DNA from: Heterodontus francisci
Taxonomy: Eukaryota
Direction: 5' to 3'
Assembly (NCBI RefSeq): GCF_036365525.1
Contig: NC_090412.1
Span: 25,376,459 to 25,440,458 of the forward strand
Length of the DNA stretch: 64,000 bases
Position 1 is the stretch's first letter. Each line of letters starts with the position of its first letter. The translations under genes were made by a program, and so were the position numbers. A model generated the notes under the pieces. It saw only the letters and a program-made list of their open reading frames with translations. It made no database searches and had not been told where the DNA came from. Below are positions 51,001 to 63,309 of the stretch, piece by piece.

Positions 51001-52699
51001 AAAGGTAGTAGGTATAATAGAATCTGTACACATATTGTCTCTCCACCTACACTTTGCTAAAATCATTGACTTCTTGCTAGTGTAGAGTTTCTTTTATGCC
51101 TCGAAGCCTCAGGTACTTGACCCCACAGCCAGGTTTCATGTCCAGACCGAGACTGTGAACGTTAGCTGGGTATTCTTGTATGGGAGGCTGATCCGGCCGT
51201 TTTCCAATGTGCAATCCCTGGGATAAGAATCAAGAACAGGGACCCTGATTAAATTCCTCCTCCTTACCCCAGCGGCAAAGTTCTGATCCTACCTAAGATC
51301 AGCACATACCAGCAATGGGCACTAAGACCTGGCCAATAAGGCTATGACCAGTGGGCGGTGTCTTTACTCCTGGATTATGTGGGAGGAGTTGTATAATAAA
51401 ATTAGAAAGTTTATGAAAATAGGTTGGCGGTGAAAGCTTGTAATGATGGATTGAAATGTTGACCTTTGACCTTACAAAGTAATGGCCAGTGCCGTACAAA
51501 TACATATGGATCAGATATTGGCCTGGGGTGAATTAGCTCTATTCAAAAGAGGGAATTGTAACCACAGCGCACCAGAGAATCTGTCAGGCCTGTAACTTGC
51601 CAAGCAGGTTTTGAAGCAGGCTTCTTGACAATGTACTGCCCCTTTGAAGTGAAGCCCCATGCAGAGACTGTTTATCTTAATGGAAAAGAAATTACAGTTG
51701 AATGTCACTATGAATCTCCAGCATCATAAATGAGGGCTGTGGCCGTATACAACTTTTTATAGCTGCTGCCTTATTACAATGGATAACCTTTATTTACTTT
51801 CATTAGACTATTAAACAACAAGAGACTATTAATTTTTCGTCTGAAACTCCATCCGAGCCCATAAAGCAAACCAGTTGCTTAATTGAGTTCATTTTAATTT
51901 CCCTCCAATCGCACTGAATTACTCCAGTGATAAATCAGGGGGACAGGCCTCACCCCCAGTAGAAAGCCTAATTTGCAGCTAATTAGAAAACTGATTCCCA
52001 GTGAAAGATCAATACCACAACGAATTGGAAATGACTTGCAATCTCCACGTCGGAGACGGAAAGAGCGAGTGAGAGAGAAAGAAAGCATGTGGAGAAAAAG
52101 AAAGGCAATACAGCCATGTGTCTGGAGTGCAGGGAAAAAAAATCAGTTTTAATCTAATGTAATATTAATCAGGACACTTGGCTTGCTGGTCCTTTTGTTG
52201 TTTTTTCATCTTTGTAAAGGTAGCTTTGAGATGTAGCTGTCGGTTTGGAAAGCCGCTTGATATAATCGGACGTGTTTTTAAATTCAATGAGTCGCCACCC
52301 CACACTCCTGTACTCTGTGGCTTCTCTTTTCAAAACCATCTCTGCGTTGGGGAATTGCTATTATGCATTTGAATGCTATTAAAAAAGGGAACATCCCCTG
52401 CAGCTGGGCGACAGTTGTAGGAGACAATCAGGGGTTAGCTGTTGTTGAATGAAACAAAGCAAGGTCAGTGAGTGGCCTACCAAGACATGACCACTTGGGG
52501 TATCACTCCATTCGTAGGTCATTCCAAAAAGTGCCACAAAACTGCAGACATTTTTATCTATCCTCCCTCCATCTCTTCCTTACTTCCGCTCTTCCGTCTC
52601 CTTTTGTTCGCCCACCTCTTTTGTTGTTCTTCCTTTATTCTTTCTGTTTTTCACCCTCTTCCTTTCTTTCCTGCTTCCTTCCTCATTCTTTGTTCCATC

Positions 52700-53660
52700 T
52701 ATCGCTGGCAGTCAAGTGTTATTCATTGCCGCTTGAGTTATTCTTTTGATTCATTTTGTCCTTATTAACAAGGTCATTGTGACAGATTTGTGCTGCAATA
52801 TTCCTAGAGGATTGCTTTACCGTCAGTCTAATGGGAATCACTTTAGCCCTGAAATTCAGAGAAGGTGGGAGAGAAAATGGGACAGATCCTGGCTCTATAT
52901 TTCGACCGGACCTTGGAATTCCAGTCAGCAGAACCATGATTGGATATTCTCCGCTCCCCACCTCCACACCCCATGTCAAGGGGTTGTGTTGGCCTGAATT
53001 CCTTAGCTTCTATGAGGCCTCAGCAGAAGTCCTGCCATTGGAGACCTAGCCATTTGAGACCTTGTAAAATTGTTACTGGAGTAAGGTCATCACTATAGGA
53101 GGGGACAGATTAACTTTTCATGCTGGAGTGGTCCTAGTGGGAGGTGAAGAACCAAAAAATAAATTTCTGTTGTCCATTTGGGTCTTTGGAGGACTCCAAT
53201 ACTCCTCAGAGTGATGAATTGGCTCAGCTCGTGGTGGCCACCATTGAGGACTCTTTGCTGGATTGAGGCTCCGCAATTAGAACCCTTACAGACAGAGGAG
53301 ATTTTTATCCCATTAGTCTGCCCTGTATTTGACCCCAGGTTCCAGAGGTGAAGGTCTAACCCACTGCTGCACCTCATTTTGTACTAGATTCATGTGTGCT
53401 ATTCATGTGAGCCTTCCTGCTGTGATGTACAGCAATGCACTTGAGTTGAACACTTTTCACCTGTCATAGTGACATGTGAAGAAAATTCTGCACAGACTTC
53501 ACATCAGAGATCGGAACTTGCTCTCTTTTTCAGATCCCATTGTAACATTACCATAAGCATCACTCTTGCTAGCCTGCATCACTGTTAATTGTTAATAAGG
53601 ACAAAATGAATCAAAAGAATAACTCAAGCGGCAATGAATAACACTTGACTGCCAGTGATA
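52700..53660. repeat. 72-bp inverted repeat pair (52700-52771 / 53589-53660)
   Basis: 71 of 72 positions are complementary by direct reading. Confidence 0.9.
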
Positions 53661-54310
53661 AAGGCTGCCTCTGTGATATGTTTATGATACTCACCCCTCA
53701 GTCTCTTACTTATCACAGTTCAAGTCACACTCCAGAAAGTTGAACCCAAAATCCAGACTGACACTGCAGTTCAGTACTGAGGGAGTGCTGTACTGTTGGA
53801 GGAGTTGTCTTCTGGATGAGGCGCTAAACTAGGGCCTACTTCTGCACCTAATTTGTATGTTTGTATGTATCTGCCTTTTCAGGTTGGTCTAAACATCCCA
53901 TGGCACTATTTTGAAGAAGAGCAAGGGAGGATCTGAATCCCAGTATCCGTTATATGCAGTATCTTACTCCCAGTGTCTGTTATTTCTTGGAGTTCACTAC
54001 TGCCAGTGTCTGTCATTTTCTGTATCTCACTCCCAGGTCTCTGTGCTCCCTGTATCTCCTTTCCAGGGCCAGTTCCTCTCTGTATCTCACTCCCAGATCT
54101 CTGTTGTTTGTGTCTCACTTCCAGATTCTCCATTATGCCACACTTTTGGAATGTAAGGTAATATTCATTCTCCATCAGTCTTCTTTGAGAAAACTAAAAT
54201 GAAATTTCTATTTTTTGAGTGGAGGGTTGTAAAGTCACTTGCAAGGAATCCAAAGCAAACTCCAGTCAATTTCCCCTTCATTACACCTTCATTTTTTGTG
54301 TTTCTCTCAG

Positions 54311-54437
54311 GCTAATGAATATTCCCTCTCTGCCTTGGCCTCTGGATTGGACGATGTCAAAAGCAGCCTCTCCGCCGCTGCTACTCCCGACCTTGGCACC
54401 AATGTTACAGGGCCCCAGAGCTACCCTGTTGTGACAG
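54311..54437 (+). CDS. pax2: Pax2/5/8-family coding exon following the partial homeodomain
   Basis: tttctctcag acceptor and GTAAG donor; 127 bp, phase 0 to phase 1, in frame with the previous exon. Encodes [42 protein letters not shown](G), matching recalled PAX2 GNEYSL...GLDEVKSSLS...YPVVTG. Confidence 0.9.
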
Positions 54438-54960
54438 GTAAGGTGTCGACCTCATCCCCCACCTTAGTAATACAAATGGCAGCAAGTCTTGAGTAAAAAT
54501 ATTTCCGTCAGATAACGTGCGTTGTCATTTTGATTGCAAATATTTTTGTTGTATCAGATGGATGGTTTTTCTCATGGTCACACAATTAGTGGTGCATTGC
54601 AACATGATCTGTGTTCACAAAGTTAAAGTATAAATTATTTGCCTCCCCCAAATCTTTCAATACTTTAGGTTGCAGAACACCTCGGCTGGCAACACACAGC
54701 TGGTAACAGGGTAAAGAGACGAGTGCAGGTGCACTCTAAGAACAGCCAGTATGTTGAATGGGAATTTACTGTCATCCTCGTGGGATGGCCAACTGTCTGC
54801 TTTTGAGCTGGGCTCTAGTTTCTGCTGCTTTAAAGCAATAAAAAGCAGATGTTAAAAGAGCATTTCTCAATTTGTGAAGAAATGCCTGGCCAGTTGTATC
54901 AGAGGACACCAAGTTAATTTATTTAAAAATCAGATGCTAATTAACATGTAATAGATAGTA

Positions 54961-55192
54961 CACAAACAAGAAATGCTGGAAATACTCAGCAGGTCTGGCA
55001 GCATCTGTGGAAAGAGAAACCGAGTTAAAATTTTTAGTCAGTGACCCTTCCTTAGAACTGATGAAGGGTCACTGACCTGAAACATTAACTCTGCTTCTCT
55101 CTCCACAGATGCTGCCAGACTTGCTGAGTATTTCCAGCATTTCGTTTTTGTGTTTCAGATTTCCAGCATCCGCAGTATTTTGCTTTGATTTT
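54961..55192 (+). mobile_element. Palindromic Penelope-derived mini-element with hammerhead core
   Basis: Inverted arms around CTGATGA (55058); TSD TGTAATA(G/T)ATAGTA (54947-54960, 55193-55206). Confidence 0.85.
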
Positions 55193-55204
55193 TGTAATAT
55201 ATAG

Positions 55205-56145
55205 TAGATGGGTGAATTGATGATCAATAGATGGTGGGGTAGATGAATGGATAGGTGGATAGATGGAGGTTGGTTGGGGAGATGGATGGAGGGATGGATA
55301 TGTGGATGGATGGGTGGGTGGACTGGTGGCTGGACTTGAAATAGATGGATAAATAGATGGCTAGGTAGATTAATGCATAGGTGAGGTTGATGAATGGGTG
55401 GGCGGAAGCTGAATGGAGGGAAGGATGAATGGATAGATGGATGATTAGATGGTGAATGAATGAGCAGTTAGGTGAGTAGCCACTGCGTGGCATAGTGGTC
55501 ACGTCACTGAACTAGTAATCCAGAGGCCCATGCTAATGCCCTGGGGACATGGGTTCAAATCCCACCACAGCAGCTGGTGGAATTTAAATTCAATCAACTA
55601 ATTTTAAAAAAAATCTGCGATTGAAAACTAGTCTCAGTAATGGTGCCATGAAACTATCATCAATTGCCGAAAAAACCCATCTGGCTCACTGATGTCCTTT
55701 TGGGAAGAAGGTTGTCTGGCCTACATGTGACTGCAGACCCACAGCAATGTGGTTCACTCTTAACTGCCCTCTGAAATGGTCTAGCAAACCAGTCAGTTGT
55801 CAAGAGCAATTAGGGATGGGCAACAACTGCTGGCCTGGCTAGTGACGCAATATCCCATGAAAGAATTTTTAAAAAAGATGAATGTGAGGATGGATGAGTG
55901 AATGAATGAATTGTGGGATGATGTTAGGGTGGAGAATGGATATACAGGTGGGAGGTGTTTGGGTGAGTGAATGGATAGATGGTTGATTGATAAGTGAAAG
56001 GATGGATGGAGAGCTGGAAAGGTTCATGGATGGTGGCAAGGTTTTAGGTTAGGCTGGTGAGTGAATGGGTAGATGGGTGGGTGCATCACTGGCTGGATGG
56101 AAATGGGTGCCTGAATGGACAGGTCAATGAGAGGTGGGTGGGTGC
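55205..56145. repeat. (TGGA)n/(TGAA)n low-complexity tract interrupted by a SINE
   Basis: Repeated gatggatggg/tgaatgaatg. Confidence 0.75.
55484..55875 (+). mobile_element. tRNA-derived SINE sharing its 3' tail with the LINE at 48600-49265
   Basis: Head gtggcatagtgg...gggttcaaatcccacc; tail gcaattagggatgggcaacaactgctggcc...atcccatgaaagaa. Confidence 0.75.
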
Positions 56146-56224
56146 ATTTTTGTTTGTAAGATGATTCTTATCTTTCAAGTGAAGGGTATTTGACAAGAGC
56201 CGAGGCAATTTTAAGAATCTGCGA

Positions 56225-57050
56225 GAGGACCTGTCAAATGGAGTATAATGTGGGAAAGTGTGAAATTGTCCACTTTGGCAGGAAGAATAAAAAAGAAGCA
56301 TATTATCTAAATGGTGAGAGATTGCAGAGCTCTGAGATGCAGAGCGATTTGGGTGTCCTAGTGCATGAATCACAAAAGGTTAGTATGCAGGTACAGCACA
56401 TAATTAGGAAAGCTAATAGAATGTTATCATTTATCGTGAGGGGAATTGAATACAAAAGTAAGGAGTTTATGCTTCAGCTATACAGGGCATTGGTGAGACC
56501 ACATCTGGAGTACTGTGTACAGTACTGGTCTCCTTATTTAAGGAAGGATGTAAATGCGTTGGAGGCAGTACAGCGAAGGTTCACTAGACTAATACCTGGA
56601 ATGGGCAGGCTGTCTTACGAGAAAAGATTGGACAGGCTAGGCTTGTATCCGCTGGAATTTAGAAGAGTAAGAGGCGACCTGATTGAAACATATAAGATCC
56701 TGAGGGGTCTTGACAGGGTGGATGTGGAAAGGATGTTTTCTTTTGTGGGGGAATCTAGAACTAGAGGTCACTGTTTAAAAATAAGGGATCGCCCATTTAA
56801 GACAGAGATGAGGAGAAATTTTTTCTCTCAGAGGGTGGTGAGTCTTTAGAATTCTGTTCCTCAAAAGGCGGTGGAAGCAGAGTCTTTGAATATTTTTAAG
56901 GCAGAGGTAGATAGATTCTTGATAAGCAAAGGGGAGTGGAAAGTTATCGGCGGTAGGTGGAAGTGTGGAGTAATCAGTTCAGCCATGAACTTATTGAATG
57001 GAGGAGCAGGCTCAAAGGGCCGAGTGGCCTACTCCTGCTCCTAATTTGTA
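56225..57050 (+). mobile_element. CR1 3' fragment
   Basis: QMEYNVGKCEIVHFG...PHLEYCVQYWSP...RRNFFSQRVV; tail gcctactcctgctcct. Confidence 0.9.
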
Positions 57051-58124
57051 TGTTTAGTTATTGATTAACAATGGAATAGCTGTCTCAGAGGTAGACCAGA
57101 CTGCCCTTTCAGGGGCAACAAGCAGTGTCTTTAGTAAGGAATCCTGCAAAGAGCTACCTTGTAATTCACATTGGAAATTATTTTGAATATTACAGCGGCA
57201 AACTGCCCACCTTGACACAAATGATGGAGATGTCATGTGCTCACACTGTTGCCTATTGTTGTATTCACTACCAAACAGTGTAATCTACACTTGTAATTAT
57301 TGCCCGAACCACATTATGTACAATAGAGGGTAAACCTGTTGGCAGAGACATAGAAACAAGGAACATCCTAGTTTTACAATGACTTAGGTGATTTCAGCCA
57401 GGGTAGCGGTAGGAGTGTTATAAATAGCCTCGGTATCCCATGGGAGAGTCAAATCGGCCGGAGTGCCTGCTCTTGATCAGTAGCCAAGTTGGCTGGAAAG
57501 TGCACATATTGCATGAAGACAGAATTGGGCTTAGCTACAGCGTACGCCCTGGTGGAATAGCTAGCAGGCACACTGTATGTAGGCTTCTACATGGTGGATG
57601 GCTACTGAGGAAAGGAGAGGTGGCACTTGTGCATAAAACTCAGCGGGTGTAAACTTTGCACGGATGCTCTGGAATTTAGAGAGATCAGAGTTCAGTTTGT
57701 TGTTGTGAGATGTTATTGATCCCAGTTCGCAACTGCGCTCCTGTGAAAGAGATAACTCGTTATTGTTTTTTTTAAATTCTTTTGTCGGCGTACATTTTCT
57801 GCAACCCATTTGGTATTGAACTGGGATGGCAGTTTCAGGAGCCTCAAGTTAAACTTGCATGTGAATCTCATCTCACAGTTGCGAGCATTCTCGCCTCTGA
57901 GGCAGAAAGTTAAGGGGTCAAGCTCCACATCCGAGACTTGAGCACAGAATCTCGGCTGAGTCTCCTGGACATTACCGAGGGAGTGCTGCATTGCCGAAGG
58001 TGCTGTTTAGCAAATGAGTCGAGGCCCTGTCTTCCCACTCAGGTGGACTTAAAAGGTCCCACAGCACTATTTTGACAAAGAGCATGGGAGTTTTTCTCCA
58101 TGTCCTGGCTGCCAACAATTACAA

Positions 58125-58770
58125 TTTGCATTTATATAGCACCTTTAATGCAGTAAGAAGTCCCAGGGGTTCATATGGGAATTATCAAACCAATTTTGAC
58201 ACTTAGCCACAAAGAGGATATTAGGACAGATGATAAAATGCTTGGTCAAAGAGGTAGATTTGAAAGAAATTCTTAAAGGAGGAGAGAGGTGGAGAGATTT
58301 AGGGAAGGAATTCCAGAGCTTAGGGCCTTGGCAACTGAAAGCCCAGCCACCAATGGTGGAGCGATTAAAATTGGGGATGCTCAAGAGGCCAGAATTGGAG
58401 GAGCGGAGAGCTCACAGGGGGTTGTAGGGCTGGAGGAGGCTACAGAGGTAGGGGTGGATGAGGTTGTAGAAGGATTTGAAATCAAAGATGAGAATGTTAA
58501 AATACTTGCTGGACCAGGAGCCATTGTTGGTCTGTGAGCAACAGGGGATGATGGATGCATGGGACTCAGTGAGTTAGGATACAGGCGGCAGAGTATTGAT
58601 GAGCTCAAGCTTATGGAGGGTGGAAATTGGGAGGCCGGTTAAATGACTGTTATAGTCAATAGACCGGAATAGTTAAGCCTCGAGGTAACAAAAGCATGGA
58701 TGAATGTTTCAGCAGCAGATGAGCTGAGAGAGGATCAGACTCATGCGATGTTATGGAGGAGCGGTGTAGG
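58125..58770 (-). mobile_element. L2 LINE 3' fragment
   Basis: Minus-strand RSTIGGWAFSCQGPKLWNSFP; homologous to 43915-44640. Confidence 0.75.
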
Positions 58771-61269
58771 TGGTCTAGGGGTGATGGCATGGATATATAT
58801 TTATCCTATAACCAACACTACTAAAAATCATTTTTTGGAATCATTGTGGAAGCTTGCTGTGCATACATTGGTTGCCACTTTTCCTAAATTGCAATGGCGA
58901 TTACACTTCGAGTGTTTCATTGGTTGTGAAGCACGTTTTTACACTTACCAATGTAAATCTTACTTTCTTAATAACAGGGAACTCCCCCCACATTCATTTT
59001 CGAAGCCAGTTCTCTTCCTATCGCTCTCAATAGTGCAGGCTTATGTTCCATGCATCCACATCACAACCAAGCCAGCTCCTGTATTTGCCCACCACCTACA
59101 TACATATTTAATCAAAAAGCACTGGATAGTGGTCAAGAAAGGAGAGCCCTCTTGGATTTTTTCCTCCTTTAGCCCAGGGATACTGAGGTTAAGTTGTTGT
59201 GTCTCAACACTGTCCTGGCTAATACCAGCTAACTCAGCGCAAACAGAGAATCAAATGTGGAATAACCTATTCTGTATGGGTTTGTTCTGCAGCCTGCAGT
59301 GACTTCCCTACTGTGTTATGTGGTGACTTTAATGACTTTGGGGCTGACAGCGATCTAACCTCCCTCACTGTGCAAATAGTTAGAAAATTAACTGGGCCCT
59401 ACATTATCACAAAGGTACAAGGGCAACAGGTGAACTGGTTAAATACAGTAATGCCCAGCTATTAGTGTCAGGTTAATATGAGAGAGCTTTATTAAAATTC
59501 ACATAATTATACATGAACCATCAAAAACAGTGACAATAACTGCAGTCTATGTAGCAAAGGGACTGATTGAATTCTGAAATGATATGGTGCAGTTATGTGA
59601 CAAAGGGATTATTTATCTTATAAATATGTGGATTGATGGTTTGACAAACTGGTTAGGCTGGAACAGAAAAGAAAGGGCCATTTCTTCCTTTGTTGTTGAG
59701 GTTCTTCTCATCTGATGCCTGGGGTTCACTTCTACATTTGTTTTCACTCGACTCTCACATGAAACACTCACTGACGAAACAGCAAAGAAATCTTCCTTTA
59801 GTTTTATCTTCCTGTTCCTTTTATTTTTTTTGCATTTGAATTGTTTACCCATCCTTCCTTTCTCCCATCATTAGTTCTTGCAAACAGCAATTTCAAATCA
59901 GTTCAAAATTGAGGTTTTCAATTCATAGCCGTTCCAAAAACAAATCACTAAAAGTACCTATGGAACCTAGCTCTGATTCGCACAGCCCATTCAGACAGTA
60001 CTGATTGGACAATTAAGCTATCAGTAGTATAAATTGTATGGATGTCTGCTTTTCACAGATTGCACTGGTTACACAAAATCCATGCAAAGTCAAGGAACTC
60101 CAAAACAATTATCGATGTACCAACGGATCAATCATTAGAAACATCAAAACAGGAGATTGCCATTCAGCCCCTTGTGTTTATCAGGAAAAAACATAGAAAC
60201 ATGGGAACAAATGTAGGCTATTCAGCCCCTCGAGCTTATTCCTCCATTCAGTTATAGCATGGCTGATTTATACCTCAACTCCATTTACTCACCTTTGCTC
60301 CATATCCTTAACAAAAATTTTATAGAGCACAGTTTTGAAAATGTCAATTGACCCAACATCCGCTACCTTTTGAGGGAGAGAGGTTGAGATTTCCACTACC
60401 CTTAGTATGAAAGTGCCCTGGAGTTCTGCAAACCAGATTGACCTGTTTCCGAACTTTCATCTCATCTTAGAGCCACCTCAATTCCAAAGATATCCTGCCT
60501 AACTGCCCCCAAGGAAATGAGTCACCAGTTGGTCATTGGCAATGGGCCAACACAACTCACTATAAAACTTGTGAGTGCATTACCTCCAACCTCCTGGCAA
60601 CAGGATGGACATGCTCCACCATGGAGCAGATGTTCCATTGGTTGCAGCTTGTGTTGTGCCAGCTACCCAGATGTTGTAGTTATTGAAGTCCGTTGCCTTG
60701 TACCAGGCTTACTGTTCACCAACAGCACCTCACGTGAGGGGATTTGGTCAAGATGTATGACCGCCGTGACACTGACTCCTTGTCCAGGGTTCTCAGTGAA
60801 AGGTTGCTGTGAGCCAGAGCCATCCCTTCTTGCAGTCACTTCTCTTTCATGCTGCACATCCACCCCACAGATCATGCACATGGAACAGATGTGTCTTAAG
60901 CCTTGGAGTTCAGAACTATGAACTCATGGCACAGAATAAACCTGCACCTTGCTTTCATTGAAAAATGACAAGATTAAAGCACTTTTCACTCCTCAGTCCA
61001 GAATTGTATCCAGGCTGAAATTAGCATCCACCAGGAAACCCATGGTTATAAGTCAACAATGGGAATTGATGATTCAGGAGCTTCAAGAACCCCTCTTCCA
61101 TCTGAGGGCATCCACCGCCAGTTAGCCCATTGCTGCAGGCAGTGAGTAAAGTGCACTAGCTCCTCAGGTGAGTCTGCCAACAACACAATATCATCTGTGA
61201 GAAGAGGCATTGCAATACGATCAGAAATGCCTGGAAAATAATACTCCTAATCTGCCACTCTTGATGCAT

Positions 61270-61850
61270 CTGCCACCTGATTGCCCATTGTGCAAGTTTA
61301 TGAAGATCTTCTTGTAAGTTATTACTGTCCTCCCCGTTATTGAGCCCCACCCCTCCCCCCCCCCCTCCACCCTGCCACCACCCCCCCCCACACAATTGGT
61401 GTCATCTGCAAATTTAGAAATCGTGTTTGTGATTTCAAAGTCAAAATCATTAATATAAATAGTGAACGACAGTGGTCCCAAGCACTGATCCTTCTTGTAG
61501 GACCACACTTTCCAACTTCTGCCACTCTGAATAATTACCCTTTACCCCTACACTCTGCTTTCTGTCTTGCAGCCAGCAAACTGTCTATTCTGCTGTTTGT
61601 CCCCGGCTCGGCATTCTCTGATCTTATTCATTAGTCTATTATGTGGTACCTTATCGAAGACCTTCTGAAAATCAAGATAAATTACAACTACCATATCACC
61701 CTTGTCTACTCTGGCTGTTACCTGTTCAAAAAGTTCAATGAGGTTTGCCAAGCAAGACTTTCCCTTTTGAAGTCCATGCTTACTATTCATAAATATATTT
61801 TTAGTTGCTAGATGTTCTGCTATTCTCTCCTTTAGTAGGGATTCCATTAG
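61270..61850 (-). mobile_element. CR1 RT fragment
   Basis: KSCLANLIELFE, IYLDFQKVFDKVPH, ISKFADDT. Confidence 0.8.
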
Positions 61851-63309
61851 TCAGTCTCTCGTCTATCCTTACAGTTAGAATGCACAGCCCAGATTCGCCC
61901 ATCTACACTCCCAGCTTCCAACATTTTTCTACAGGCTGCATAAGGTGCCAGATGAAATGCCTAACAAAATCAATGAAAATATTGTAAGTGGTTTTTCCCT
62001 GAGCTTTCCAATATTCTGAAATCTTATATAAGGCCAAAACCTTCCTAGACATTGATCAAGAGAATAGCCTCCAGCCTGTTCTTTTCTGGCTGCTCCACAG
62101 GTTTCCAAAGCATGCGATACACATTTGTCATTCACTGACATTGGCTCAGAGGAGCCCTTATGATCACAACTGACAATGAAAAATCAATTAGGGATCATTT
62201 CTTTGTATTTTCAGGTGCATGAAACCCACTGAGCCTTTTCATTTTCCCAACAGCGCTCCTGATTTCTCAATGTACAGCATCATAATCTGCCTTTACAGCA
62301 TCTCATCATTGCTCTGTATGTAACAATAAGGGCCTCCTGTTTGTAGCCCATGACTCTCCTTCCCCATCCTTTGATAGGAACCCGACTAGCTTCAGCTTGC
62401 TGATGACTTCAGCTGCAGAGGCAAGGAAATCATTGGGCACCTCATTCGCTCTCAGTTCTGCCCCATCAGTAGTCACACAAACCCCCCAGTCCCAAACTTC
62501 ATGGTCGGCAATATCTTTCTTGTGGGCTGAGCGCCTTGGCTTGATTACTTGCTGTGCAGATAGCATCACCCATTCTAACTTGGCAGTCACCCTTTGTATT
62601 TATGAATGAACATGCAGACACGACTTAGACAGCATTATTTATGTCAGAACTGGTAATTCTGTACTGCACACAGTGCCAACCTATGCTGTCCCATCCTTTC
62701 TCTGTGTCCCAGGACCTGATGCATTCTGAGGCTCAGTTCACTAAGTCCCTTTCCCCAGAGGCTCTGTTAATTCATCCCCAGCCAGCGTTTGCCCCTCTAA
62801 ACTGCCTCACTCTCCATTGATTGGTGGTATTCATCCATGCCCCACCTCACGGGCTTGGAGGAGCTGCCAGCCAATGTTTGTCAATATAGAATGGGGAACA
62901 AATGGCGACTCAGAAACCACTTTATCCTGTGTGAGTCAGCCAGAGACCAAAAAGCTATTTTGGTAGATGGTATACAAGCAGCATGGTGTGGAGAAGGTGA
63001 TACAGCTGAACATCTGCTCAGATCATTTGAGTCTTTAATTTGGATCTTATCTCTTGCCTCAGGCAGTGTTGTGTTAGGCCTGAGTTGTCACAGGACTATA
63101 AACTCAAGCCCAAGAGGAGATAATTCTGGAAACTGGAGGAAAGGAAGAATAAATTACTTTGGATGGGAAGGATTATATGCATAACGGCACCAGTAGAACT
63201 GCTGGACAATAGACAAGAAAAATGCTGCATCCACCAGGCAATCCTCCAAACTCCAGCTCCAACCTATTTCCATCACAATTGCTTTCTCTATTTTATCAAT
63301 ATACTTTGT

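Noticed and set aside
53250-53375. LF-SINE-like head on the minus strand
   Set aside because: Only a short CCTTCACCTCT/GGTCAAAT resemblance; too weak to call without a search.
56190-56849. 219-aa host gene
   Set aside because: It is the C-terminal part of CR1 ORF2 in a truncated copy.
58700-59302. 200-aa ORF
   Set aside because: It spans L2 and SINE fragments, has no recognisable domain and is probably a chance ORF.
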